From assembly GCF_000039765.1 (NCBI RefSeq), contig NC_004459.3, positions 1,710,001-1,742,000 of the forward strand: a stretch of 32,000 bases of DNA, read 5' to 3'. Below the pieces are notes generated by a model. The model was not told where the DNA came from and did not search any database. It worked only from the letters and a program-made list of their open reading frames with translations. This DNA is from Vibrio vulnificus CMCP6. GTDB taxonomy: Bacteria; Pseudomonadota; Gammaproteobacteria; Enterobacterales; Vibrionaceae. Shown piece after piece: positions 1 through 8,740 of the stretch; within the stretch, counting starts at the first letter, position 1; each line of letters opens with the position of its first letter. The position numbers and the translations under genes were made by a program.

Positions 1-546
1 AGTGCTCTTCTGGCTTTGTTGGACGAGCGTGACACTCGCTGTGTAGCCATCGGGGAATGCGGTTTGGATGATGGGGTTGAACAAGACACGGCATTGCAAG
101 AGCAGGCGTTGAACTACCAGCTCGATTTGGCCAAGCAGTATCAACTGCCGGTTATTTTGCACAATCGACGATGTCACAATCGACTCATTCAATTAGTCAA
201 AGCGGCTCGGCTACCAAAAGGCGGCGTTATCCATGCGTTTTCTGGTAGCTATGAGCAGGGAATGGAGTGGGTACGTTTGGGTTTTTATCTTGGGGTCGGG
301 GGAACCATTACCTACCCCAGAGCGAACAAAACGCGCCAAGCGATCAGTCGACTCCCTTTAGAAAAACTGCTGCTTGAAACCGATGCGCCAGATATGCCGA
401 TATTTGGCTTTCAAGGAAAGCTCAATACACCCGCTCAGATTATTCATCCACTAAATGAGTTGGGTTTGTTGCATAATCAAACAAAGCAAACGATTGCCTC
501 TCAAATCTGGAAAAATAGCAATTCTCTGTTCTCTATCTGTGAATGA
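1..546 (+). CDS. TatD-family metal-dependent hydrolase (YjjV-like); 5' end lies outside the window
   Basis: Frame 1 is open from base 1, and the track ORF 16..546 begins at an internal TTG. The motifs GECGLD, VILHNR, VIHAFSG and LLLETDAP match TatD/amidohydrolase metal-ligand strands. The E. coli TatD paralog yjjV also neighbours the deo operon. Confidence 0.8.
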   Translation, partial: SALLALLDERDTRCVAIGECGLDDGVEQDTALQEQALNYQLDLAKQYQLPVILHNRRCHNRLIQLVKAARLPKGGVIHAFSGSYEQGMEWVRLGFYLGVGGTITYPRANKTRQAISRLPLEKLLLETDAPDMPIFGFQGKLNTPAQIIHPLNELGLLHNQTKQTIASQIWKNSNSLFSICE

Positions 547-587
547 AATCTAAAAAACTTGTTTAAAGAAAATCTCGTTCGGTATGT

Positions 588-609
588 TATTGTGAGTTTA
601 CTCACAAAT
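588..609 (+). promoter_or_regulatory. CRP (cAMP receptor protein) site upstream of nupC
   Basis: TGTGA(591-595)-GTTTAC-TCACA(602-606) is a perfect match to the TGTGA-N6-TCACA core. It is centred at 598.5, 153 bp upstream of the nupC ATG. Confidence 0.6.
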
Positions 610-639
610 GGAGGTGAATTAGCGATGAATCTTATGGGA

Positions 640-685
640 AAGTGTGAAGGTGGCATTACTTTAATTATTGGGGCATGAGTATAAT
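640..685 (+). promoter_or_regulatory. Putative nupC core promoter: proximal CRP half-site plus a consensus -10
   Basis: TGTGA(643-647)-N6-CATTA has a good left half only and is centred at 650.5, 52 bp from the distal site. A perfect TATAAT lies at 680-685. The implied TSS near 692 places the two CRP centres at about -41.5 and -93.5. Confidence 0.35.
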
Positions 686-751
686 GGCCCCCGCTTAATA
701 GCTCCATTTTGTAACACGCCAATAAATAACTTAATAAGGAAGTCATAAACT

Positions 752-2014
752 ATGAGCCTGTTTATGAGCCTAGTCGGTATGGCAGTATTGCTAGGAATTG
801 CATTACTACTGTCAGATAACCGTAAAGCTATCAATCTTAGAACTGTGGCTGGCGCTTTTGCTATCCAATTCATCATCGGTGGTTTCGTTCTTTACGTACC
901 ATGGGGTCGTGATCTACTAGCGGGTTTCTCTGCTGGTGTTCAAAACGTGATCGACTATGGTAAAGACGGTACTGGTTTCTTGTTCGGCAGCCTAGTTAAC
1001 TTCTCAGTTGACGGTATCGGCTTCATCTTTGCTTTCCAAGTACTACCAACACTGATTTTCTTCTCAGCACTTATCTCTGTACTTTACTACATTGGTGTGA
1101 TGCAGTGGGTTATCAAGATCCTAGGTGGCGGCCTTCAGAAAGCACTAGGTACTTCTCGTGCCGAGTCAATGTCTGCAGCAGCTAACATCTTCGTTGGTCA
1201 AACTGAAGCGCCACTAGTGGTTCGTCCGTTTGTACCAAAAATGACTCAATCTGAGCTATTTGCAGTAATGTGTGGTGGTCTAGCGTCTGTTGCTGGTGGT
1301 GTACTAGCAGGTTACGCATCTATGGGTGTACCTCTAGAGTACCTTGTAGCAGCATCATTCATGGCAGCACCTGGTGGTCTACTGTTCGCTAAAATCATCA
1401 AACCAGAAGTTGATACTCCAAATGAAAGCTTGGAAGACAACATTGATGGTGGTGACGACAAGCCAGCTAACGTTATCGACGCAGCAGCAGGCGGTGCATC
1501 AGTTGGTCTACAACTAGCACTAAACGTTGGTGCAATGCTACTCGCATTCGTTGGTCTAATCGCACTAGTTAACGGCATCCTAGGTGGTGTTGGTGGTTGG
1601 TTTGGCATGGAAAACCTAACTCTAGAACTTATTCTAGGTTGGTTGTTCGCGCCGCTAGCATTCCTAATCGGTGTTCCATGGGCTGAAGCAACATTTGCTG
1701 GTTCTTTCATCGGTCAAAAACTGGTTGTAAACGAATTCGTAGCTTACCTAAACTTCGTACCTTACGTTGGTGATGCAGCACAAGTTGTTCCAGCAACAGG
1801 TCAAGTAATGTCTGAGAAGACTCAAGCAATCATCGCCTTCGCTCTATGTGGTTTCGCAAACCTTTCTTCTATCGCGATTCTACTTGGTGGTCTAGGTAGC
1901 CTTGCTCCTGCTCGTCGTCACGACATCGCTCGTATGGGTGTTAAAGCGGTTGCAGCGGGTACGCTATCTAACCTAATGGCAGCGACCATTGCTGGCTTCT
2001 TCCTGTCTTTCTAA
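752..2014 (+). CDS. nupC: NupC-family concentrative nucleoside transporter
   Basis: 420-aa polytopic membrane protein. Long stretches (GQTEAPLVVRPFVPKMTQSELFAVMCGGLAS, FANLSSIAILLGGLGSLAP, GTLSNLMAATIAGFFLSF) match what I recall of the V. cholerae CNT/NupC. SD AAGGAAG lies 8 nt upstream. Confidence 0.95.
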   Translation: MSLFMSLVGMAVLLGIALLLSDNRKAINLRTVAGAFAIQFIIGGFVLYVPWGRDLLAGFSAGVQNVIDYGKDGTGFLFGSLVNFSVDGIGFIFAFQVLPTLIFFSALISVLYYIGVMQWVIKILGGGLQKALGTSRAESMSAAANIFVGQTEAPLVVRPFVPKMTQSELFAVMCGGLASVAGGVLAGYASMGVPLEYLVAASFMAAPGGLLFAKIIKPEVDTPNESLEDNIDGGDDKPANVIDAAAGGASVGLQLALNVGAMLLAFVGLIALVNGILGGVGGWFGMENLTLELILGWLFAPLAFLIGVPWAEATFAGSFIGQKLVVNEFVAYLNFVPYVGDAAQVVPATGQVMSEKTQAIIAFALCGFANLSSIAILLGGLGSLAPARRHDIARMGVKAVAAGTLSNLMAATIAGFFLSF

Positions 2015-2053
2015 TTTAGTTAAGAGAAAGCATTTATAGACGCCGTTTAAATC

Positions 2054-2096
2054 CGCCCCGTAGCAAGAGATTGCTGCGGGGCGTTTTCAGTTTTTA
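2054..2096 (+). terminator. Rho-independent terminator of nupC
   Basis: A 13-bp stem pairs CGCCCCGTAGCAA (2054-2066) with TTGCTGCGGGGCG (2071-2083), including one G-U pair, around a GAGA loop. It is followed by TTTTCAGTTTTT. Confidence 0.8.
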
Positions 2097-2573
2097 GCGC
2101 CAGTGAAGGTGACGCATTGAGCAAACGTTCACTTGTGTGAGAGGCTGAGTTTTTTTGAGATACAAACCGTTTGCGCTCTATTTGGCACTACAGTTTTGCG
2201 ATGAATATCTATAATGTAGTAATCAGACCAGAGGGATTAGGCCTTGCTGAGCCAATCACCTGCTGAATAGATGAGTTTGTAAGGGCAATGAAATGCCCAA
2301 ACATAACAGAGTTGAATAACAAGGTAGGATGCCTTGCTTAACTTCTGATATGCAAGACACCGCAATCATAGATTGTTGTGCCATAGGCCAAATTGGTACT
2401 GTGCGGTGACAGGGATAGCAATTGGTAGTTGTAATGATTACCGAGTCTTCAAGGAACCAAGTCCGTTCATCAATGACTGTTTAGCAAAGACCTTTTTTGC
2501 TGTTTTATCGTTGTGATGTGAACAGAAAAAGGGGCTGAGTAGTGAAATTTTTGAATATTGATCGGAGATAGAA

Positions 2574-3350
2574 ATGAGCGATTTGAAAGCAGCAGCGCTA
2601 CGTGCACTGAAACTTATGGACCTAACAACGCTAAATGACGACGACACTGATGCAAAAGTGATCGCACTTTGTCACGACGCCAAAACGCCTGTAGGTAACA
2701 CGGCAGCGATTTGTATTTACCCTCGCTTTATTCCTATTGCTAAGAAGACACTTCGTGAGCAAGGTACACCAGAAGTTCGCATTGCAACGGTAACGAACTT
2801 CCCATACGGCAATGACGACATCGAAATCGCAGTCGCTGAAACCAAAGCAGCGGTCGCTTACGGTGCCGATGAAGTTGACGTGGTTTTCCCATACCGCGCA
2901 TTGATGGCTGGTGATGAGAAAGTGGGCTTCGAATTGGTTAAGCAATGTAAAGAAGCATGTGGCGACATTCTTTTGAAAGTCATCATCGAAACCGGCGAAC
3001 TGAAAGAAGAAGCGTTGATCAAGAAAGCATCGCAAATCTGTATTGAAGCGGGTGCAGACTTTATCAAAACATCAACAGGTAAAGTGCCAGTTAACGCAAC
3101 GCCAGAATACGCACGCATGATGCTTGAAGTGATTCGTGACATGGGCGTGGCTGAGAAAGTTGGCTTTAAACCTGCTGGTGGTGTACGCACTGCGGAAGAC
3201 GCAGCGGCTTACCTAGCAATGGCAGATGACATCCTAGGTTCTGAGTGGGCGGATAATATGCACTACCGTTTTGGTGCATCTAGCTTGCTAACCAACCTAC
3301 TAAATACATTAGAAGTAACAGACCAAGTCGCTGATCCTGCAGCGTACTAA
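2574..3350 (+). CDS. deoC: Deoxyribose-phosphate aldolase
   Basis: 258 aa. [12 protein letters not shown] and the Schiff-base lysine context DFIKTSTGK are typical of class I DeoC. SD GGAGA is present and the gene is first in a deoCABD arrangement. Confidence 0.95.
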   Translation: MSDLKAAALRALKLMDLTTLNDDDTDAKVIALCHDAKTPVGNTAAICIYPRFIPIAKKTLREQGTPEVRIATVTNFPYGNDDIEIAVAETKAAVAYGADEVDVVFPYRALMAGDEKVGFELVKQCKEACGDILLKVIIETGELKEEALIKKASQICIEAGADFIKTSTGKVPVNATPEYARMMLEVIRDMGVAEKVGFKPAGGVRTAEDAAAYLAMADDILGSEWADNMHYRFGASSLLTNLLNTLEVTDQVADPAAY

Positions 3351-3438
3351 TTCTAATAACGTCTGAACGTGGTGTGAGAGCACCACGTTACCTTCTTATC
3401 CTACTTTTACCATGGCCCATTGGGCTTGGGAGGCTCTA

Positions 3439-4767
3439 ATGTATTTACCTCAAGAAATTATTCGTAAAAAACGCGACGGCGAAGCGCTGACTGCCGACGA
3501 AATTAACTTTTTTATCCAAGGTGTGGCGAACAATACGGTCTCTGAAGGTCAGATTGCCGCGTTCGCGATGACCATCTTTTTCAATGAAATGACGATGCCT
3601 GAACGTATTGCCCTAACGTGTGCAATGCGAGATTCTGGCATGGTGATTGATTGGAGTCACATGAACTTTGGTGGCCCAATCGTTGATAAACACTCAACCG
3701 GCGGTGTGGGCGATGTGACCTCTCTAATGCTTGGCCCTATGGTGGCAGCATGTGGTGGTTTCGTGCCGATGATCTCGGGTCGTGGCCTGGGCCATACTGG
3801 CGGTACGTTAGACAAACTGGAAGCGATTCCTGGCTACAACATCACACCAAGTAACGACGTATTCGGTCAAGTGACCAAAGAAGCAGGTGTAGCGATCATC
3901 GGCCAAACGGGCGATCTTGCACCAGCAGACAAACGAGTCTATGCCACTCGTGATATTACGGCGACGGTGGACAACATCTCACTGATCACCGCTTCCATTC
4001 TGTCTAAGAAGTTGGCGGCAGGTCTTGAATCTTTAGTGATGGATGTGAAAGTCGGTTCGGGCGCCTTTATGCCGACTTACGAAGCTTCAGAAGAATTGGC
4101 GAAATCCATTGTGGCGGTGGCGAATGGCGCGGGCACTAAGACGACGGCGATTTTGACCGACATGAACCAAGTATTGGCTTCTTCTGCGGGTAACGCTGTT
4201 GAAGTTCGTGAAGCGGTTCGTTTCCTCAAAGGTGAATATCGTAACCCTCGTTTGCTTGAAGTCACGATGGCGTCATGTGCTGAAATGTTGGTACTTGGTA
4301 AATTGGCTGAGAATACCGAAGACGCACGTGCGAAATTGATGGAAGTACTGGATAACGGTAAAGCGGCAGAATGCTTTGGTAAGATGGTCGCAGGTTTAGG
4401 TGGTCCGGTTGACTTTATGGACAACTATGACAACTACCTCGATAAAGCTGAAATCATTAAGCCTGTTTACGCCAAAGAGACCGGTGTGGTGTCTGCAATG
4501 GATACTCGTGCTATTGGTATGGCTGTGGTGGCGATGGGCGGTGGACGCCGCGTTGCGACAGACAGCATCGATTACGCGGTAGGTTTTGATCAGTTTATCC
4601 GTTTGGGCGAAATCGCAAGCAGCGAAAAACCACTGGCGATGATTCACGCTCGTAACGAAGCGCAGTGGCAAGAAGCCGCGAATGCACTACAAGCAGCGAT
4701 TAAGGTGGGTGGTGAGTACACACCAACACCAGACGTATATCGTCAAATTCGCCAAGAAGATATTTAA
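3439..4767 (+). CDS. deoA: Thymidine phosphorylase
   Basis: Start moved from the track's 3412 to ATG 3439 (SD GGGAGG at 3427-3432). This gives [14 protein letters not shown], compared with E. coli Deo[23 protein letters not shown] and [16 protein letters not shown] motifs are present. Confidence 0.95.
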   Translation: MYLPQEIIRKKRDGEALTADEINFFIQGVANNTVSEGQIAAFAMTIFFNEMTMPERIALTCAMRDSGMVIDWSHMNFGGPIVDKHSTGGVGDVTSLMLGPMVAACGGFVPMISGRGLGHTGGTLDKLEAIPGYNITPSNDVFGQVTKEAGVAIIGQTGDLAPADKRVYATRDITATVDNISLITASILSKKLAAGLESLVMDVKVGSGAFMPTYEASEELAKSIVAVANGAGTKTTAILTDMNQVLASSAGNAVEVREAVRFLKGEYRNPRLLEVTMASCAEMLVLGKLAENTEDARAKLMEVLDNGKAAECFGKMVAGLGGPVDFMDNYDNYLDKAEIIKPVYAKETGVVSAMDTRAIGMAVVAMGGGRRVATDSIDYAVGFDQFIRLGEIASSEKPLAMIHARNEAQWQEAANALQAAIKVGGEYTPTPDVYRQIRQEDI

Positions 4768-4821
4768 TGACTATTGGGCCTATTACTGCCATGGGGTGGT
4801 AATAGGCCTGAGGAAGAAGCA

Positions 4822-6042
4822 ATGAAAAGAGCATTTATTTTAGTACTAGACTCCTTTGGTATTGGCGCAACCGCAGATGCGAAAGAGTTTGGTGATGTCG
4901 GTTCAGATACCCTAGGCCATATTGCTGACCAATGTGAGCAGGGTTTGGCAAACAATGATCAACGCCAAGGGGCTCTTCGTCTGCCAAATCTGTCCAAACT
5001 CGGTCTGGCGATGGCGCACAAAGAGTCTACTGGTCGTTTTGCACCAGGATTAGATGCGGATGCAGAAATAATCGGTGCCTACGGTCATGCTGCGGAGCTT
5101 TCTTCTGGTAAAGACACACCGTCTGGTCACTGGGAAATTGCTGGCGTCCCTGTTTTGTTTGAATGGGGTTACTTCACTGACAAAGCCAACAGCTTCCCGA
5201 AAGAGTTAACGGATCGCATTCTTGCTCGAGCAGGTATTGATGGATTCCTAGGTAACTGCCACGCCTCTGGTACGCAAGTTCTGGATGACCTAGGCGAAGA
5301 GCACATGAAGACTGGTCAGCCAATTTTCTACACCTCTGCGGACTCTGTATTCCAAATCGCTTGTCACGAAGAGACATTCGGCCTTGACCGTCTACTTGAG
5401 CTTTGCCAAATCGCTCGTGAAGAGCTAGCAGACTACAACATTGGTCGTGTCATTGCGCGCCCGTTCATTGGTCCGGGTAAAGGGCAGTTTGAGCGTACCG
5501 GTAACCGTCGAGATCTTTCTGTTGAGCCGCCATCAGCGACCGTCCTACAGAAATTGGCTGAGGAAAAGCAAGGCCAAGTGGTGTCTATTGGTAAGATTGC
5601 GGATATCTACGCAAACTGCGGTATCACCAAGAAAGTGAAAGCAACAGGCATTCCTGCGCTGTTTGAAGCGACACTTGAGCAAATTAAACAAGCGGGTGAC
5701 AACACCATCGTGTTCACCAACTTTGTCGATTTTGACTCTGCTTACGGCCACCGTCGTGATGTTGCGGGTTACGCAGCGGCACTGGAGTACTTCGATGGTC
5801 GTATCCACGAAGTGATGGAACTGATGCAAGAAGATGACATCCTGATCCTGACGGCTGATCACGGCTGTGACCCAACGTGGCCAGGTACGGACCACACTCG
5901 CGAGCACATTCCGGTGCTAGTCTACGGTCAAAAAGTTCCTGCTGGTTCACTTGGCCGTCGCGAAACGTTCGCGGATATCGGTCAAACTCTAGCGAGCTAC
6001 TTTGGCACATCGCCAATGGATTACGGCAAAAACTTTTTGTAA
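4822..6042 (+). CDS. deoB: Phosphopentomutase
   Basis: Start moved to ATG 4822 (SD GAGGAAG at 4810-4816), giving [15 protein letters not shown]. The product is 406 aa with the ADHGCDPT metal-site motif. Confidence 0.95.
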
Positions 6043-6122
6043 TCCAGAACTATAATTGAACTTATCGAATAGAGAGCGTGCCTCTCTATTCTTTTGTGAT
6101 TGAAATACAAGGAAACGAAAAC

Positions 6123-6842
6123 ATGGCAACTCCACATATTAATGCTGAAATGGGTGATTTTGCAGATGTTGTACTGATGCCGGGTGACCCGCTACGTGCA
6201 AAATACATTGCAGAAACCTTTCTGGAAGACGTGGTTCAGGTTTGTGATGTACGTAATATGTATGGTTTCACTGGTACTTACAAAGGTCGTAAAGTATCGG
6301 TAATGGGTCATGGTATGGGTATCCCATCGTGCTCAATTTACGCCACTGAGCTTATCAAAGACTACGGTGTGAAGAAGATCATCCGTGTGGGTAGCTGTGG
6401 TGCTGTAAGCACGGACATCAAAGTACGCGATGTTGTGATCGGCATGGGGGCATGTACCGATTCCAAAGTAAACCGCATCCGTTTTAAAGGTCATGACTTT
6501 GCGGCGATTGCTGACTACAAAATGGTCAAAGCAGCGGAAGAGGCGGCGAAAGCGCGTGGTATCGATGTGAAAGTGGGTAACCTATTTTCTGCTGAACTGT
6601 TCTACACGCCAGATCCAGAAATGTTCGACGTGATGGACAAATACGGCATTGTCGGCGTAGAAATGGAAGCGGCGGGCATCTACGGTGTTGCTGCGGAATA
6701 CGGCGCAAAAGCGCTGACGATTTGTACGGTTTCTGACCACATCAAGACAGGTGAGCAAACCACATCAGAAGAGCGTCAGAATACCTTCAATGACATGATG
6801 ATTGTTGCGTTGGATTCTGTATTGCTTGGCGATGCAGAATAA
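6123..6842 (+). CDS. deoD: Purine nucleoside phosphorylase (DeoD type)
   Basis: Start moved to ATG 6123, giving [31 protein letters not shown]. The product is 239 aa, the same length and N-terminus style as E. coli DeoD. Confidence 0.95.
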   Translation: MATPHINAEMGDFADVVLMPGDPLRAKYIAETFLEDVVQVCDVRNMYGFTGTYKGRKVSVMGHGMGIPSCSIYATELIKDYGVKKIIRVGSCGAVSTDIKVRDVVIGMGACTDSKVNRIRFKGHDFAAIADYKMVKAAEEAAKARGIDVKVGNLFSAELFYTPDPEMFDVMDKYGIVGVEMEAAGIYGVAAEYGAKALTICTVSDHIKTGEQTTSEERQNTFNDMMIVALDSVLLGDAE

Positions 6843-6870
6843 TTCGCTTCAAGAAAAGACATAAAAAGAA

Positions 6871-6899
6871 AGCCTGCACTCGTTGTGCAGGCTTTTTTA
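6871..6899. terminator. Bidirectional rho-independent terminator between deoD and smp
   Basis: Stem AGCCTGCAC (6871-6879) pairs with GTGCAGGCT (6885-6893). It is flanked by an A-run upstream and a T-run downstream, and lies between convergent genes. Confidence 0.8.
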
Positions 6900-6907
6900 T
6901 GAGGCTT

Positions 6908-6955
6908 TGGTCGATAAAAACCTTGGTCCATAAAAACCGTGGTCCATTAAGAAGG
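6908..6955. repeat. Three tandem copies of a 16-bp unit
   Basis: The units are TGGTCGATAAAAACCT, TGGTCCATAAAAACCG and TGGTCCATTAAGAAGG. The third copy overlaps the stop codon of the minus-strand smp gene. Confidence 0.6.
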
Positions 6956-7558
6956 TTCTTTATGACTAAGCAGTAAGTTTTCGACTTTAGTTTGCGGTTT
7001 TTTACGCAAAATCAGAATAAACAGCATGCCACTGACAAAGCTCATCAAAATCATCAAAAACATGTAACGATCAATTTTGCGGTAGTGATGGTCAGAAAAT
7101 GCCGTGACTTTACCGGTTTCAAACGTGATCCGAATGAAACCCACAATGCTGTTATCGGCAAAAACGGGTTCAACGAGCTGTTGGCGCCCAATGCCTGCTG
7201 TGGCAAGGGGGGTATCCAAACCCAGTACTTCTCTCGCAGTGAGTGCTTTGTCACTCGATGCTAAACGCACGCCTTCAGAATCATACACCGTCGCATCAAA
7301 AACCAAACGTTCTTTGGCCAGTTGATTCGTTAGCTTGAGCAGCTTCTCTTGGTCTTTTTGTACAATCATTTCGCTGGCAGATAACGCCGCTTGAGAGCTG
7401 AGCACTTTGGTTAAGGTTTCCAACTGCTGTGCTTGAATTTTTTCGTTACCTTTACTGATCACTACGCTGTTTTTAATGGTGACAAAAAACATGACACCTA
7501 GCAGCAGTAAAGCGATGACTCTTAGGGCATTTCGCAGTGAAAACAGAGACTCTTTCAT
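6947..7558 (-). CDS. Smp/YtjB-family bitopic membrane protein
   Basis: 203 aa with N- and C-terminal TM segments flanking a soluble domain. It sits between deoD and serB on the opposite strand, as smp/ytjB does in E. coli. The call rests on architecture and synteny. Confidence 0.7.
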   Translation of the reverse strand: MKESLFSLRNALRVIALLLLGVMFFVTIKNSVVISKGNEKIQAQQLETLTKVLSSQAALSASEMIVQKDQEKLLKLTNQLAKERLVFDATVYDSEGVRLASSDKALTAREVLGLDTPLATAGIGRQQLVEPVFADNSIVGFIRITFETGKVTAFSDHHYRKIDRYMFLMILMSFVSGMLFILILRKKPQTKVENLLLSHKEPS

Positions 7559-7664
7559 ATCGCGACATGAACTCTTTTAATATCTGAATAAATACAAGTT
7601 TGGGGCTTGCCTTTTTAAATTGCAATAGGGTAACGTTTGTGAAGGTTCATAAAGGATTAATACC

Positions 7665-8645
7665 ATGGAAGCGTTAAAAACCTTGCCATTTAGAAGGCAC
7701 ACACAACTGTTAACTCGTTTGCCAGAAACTCGTTTTGCCACGCAATGGGACAAAAGTAAAGCTAACTGGATTGTTTATGCTGAGTATTTAGCGCCCGGAC
7801 ACTTTGAAGATATCGATTTTTTTACGGGGGGCTACAACCCGATTATTGATACTTGGAAAGTGGGCTACTACGAAGTGGCGCTTATGGCAGGAGAACTGAC
7901 TCCTGAGCATGAAAAGATTCTTCAAGCGCTCCAACTTGATTACGCTTGCTTGACCGATGTGCCCGACCTCTCTAAGCCAGGGCTAATTGTGTTAGACATG
8001 GATTCCACAGCAATACAAATAGAGTGTATTGATGAGATCGCCAAACTGGCGGGAGTCGGTGAAGAGGTGGCGGAAGTGACAGAGCGCGCGATGCAAGGTG
8101 AGCTCGATTTTGAGCAGAGTCTGCGTCAGCGAGTAGGCAAATTAAAAGGAGCGGACGAGTCCATTCTCGACAGTGTTCGTCAGACATTGCCTTTCATGCC
8201 GGATTTGGTGGCATTAATTCACACCTTAAAAGGCTTTGGTTGGAAAACAGCCATTGCGTCAGGTGGCTTTACCTATTTTTCAGACTATTTGAAAGAGACA
8301 CTGCAGTTGGATCATGCGCAATCGAATCAGTTGGAAATTGTGCAAGGTAAGCTGACTGGAAACGTCTTGGGTGAAGTGGTCTCTGCGCAAACCAAAGCGG
8401 ATATTTTAATCGAGTTGGCGGAGCAGTTTGAGGTGGAGATGCACAACACCATTGCTGTCGGTGACGGGGCGAATGACTTGGTGATGATGAATGCGGCAGG
8501 GCTGGGTATCGCTTATCACGCTAAACCGAAAGTCGAGCAGCAAGCACAAGCGGCAGTGCGTTTTGCAGGGCTCGGCGGAATTTTGTGTATTCTTTCCGGT
8601 ATTCTCGCCAAGCAACAAAAAATCAGTTGGCAAAGCAAACCGTAA
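7665..8645 (+). CDS. serB: Phosphoserine phosphatase
   Basis: 326 aa. It carries HAD motif I (VLDMDST) and motif IV (GDGANDL), and lies between smp and radA as in E. coli. Confidence 0.9.
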   Translation: MEALKTLPFRRHTQLLTRLPETRFATQWDKSKANWIVYAEYLAPGHFEDIDFFTGGYNPIIDTWKVGYYEVALMAGELTPEHEKILQALQLDYACLTDVPDLSKPGLIVLDMDSTAIQIECIDEIAKLAGVGEEVAEVTERAMQGELDFEQSLRQRVGKLKGADESILDSVRQTLPFMPDLVALIHTLKGFGWKTAIASGGFTYFSDYLKETLQLDHAQSNQLEIVQGKLTGNVLGEVVSAQTKADILIELAEQFEVEMHNTIAVGDGANDLVMMNAAGLGIAYHAKPKVEQQAQAAVRFAGLGGILCILSGILAKQQKISWQSKP

Positions 8646-8669
8646 CAACTGAAGAATGTTAAATACAAA

Positions 8670-8694
8670 CATGGGCAGAATCGTTCTGCCCATG
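8670..8694. terminator. Perfect hairpin between the convergent serB and PilZ genes
   Basis: CATGGGCAGAA-TCG-TTCTGCCCATG forms 10-11 bp arms. There is no strong T-run on either side, so terminator function is inferred from position alone. Confidence 0.5.
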
Positions 8695-8740
8695 ATTATC
8701 TCGAAAGAAAAACTGTCTCAAACCAGCGCCACTGAGTCGC

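Noticed and set aside
1312-1710. Antisense or out-of-frame ORFs inside annotated genes (for example 1312-1710, 2631-3035, 4077-4424, 5545-5907, 11683-12503, 24594-24989, 26600-27160, 30161-30787, 31439-31806)
   Set aside because: They are shadow ORFs of strongly coding regions with skewed, Arg/Ser/Pro-rich or low-complexity translations, no SDs and no motifs.
2183-2199. TGGCAC-TACAG-TTTTGC resembling a sigma54 -24/-12 promoter in the nupC-deoC spacer
   Set aside because: The GG-to-GC distance is 2 nt longer than the strictly conserved spacing, so it is unlikely to be functional.
2512-2527. CRP-like TGTGA-TGTGAA-CAGAA upstream of deoC
   Set aside because: The right half-site is poor. Any -10 downstream of it (GAATAT at 2553-2558) would start transcription within the deoC SD.
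3412-3438. Upstream in-frame starts offered by the ORF track for deoA (3412), deoB (4774), deoD (6078), the TadE-like gene (28977), tadZ (30024) and DUF1127 (19763)
   Set aside because: In each case a downstream ATG has a better SD and reproduces the known family N-terminus or avoids overlap with the preceding gene. Only the deoA case is given in the coordinates here.
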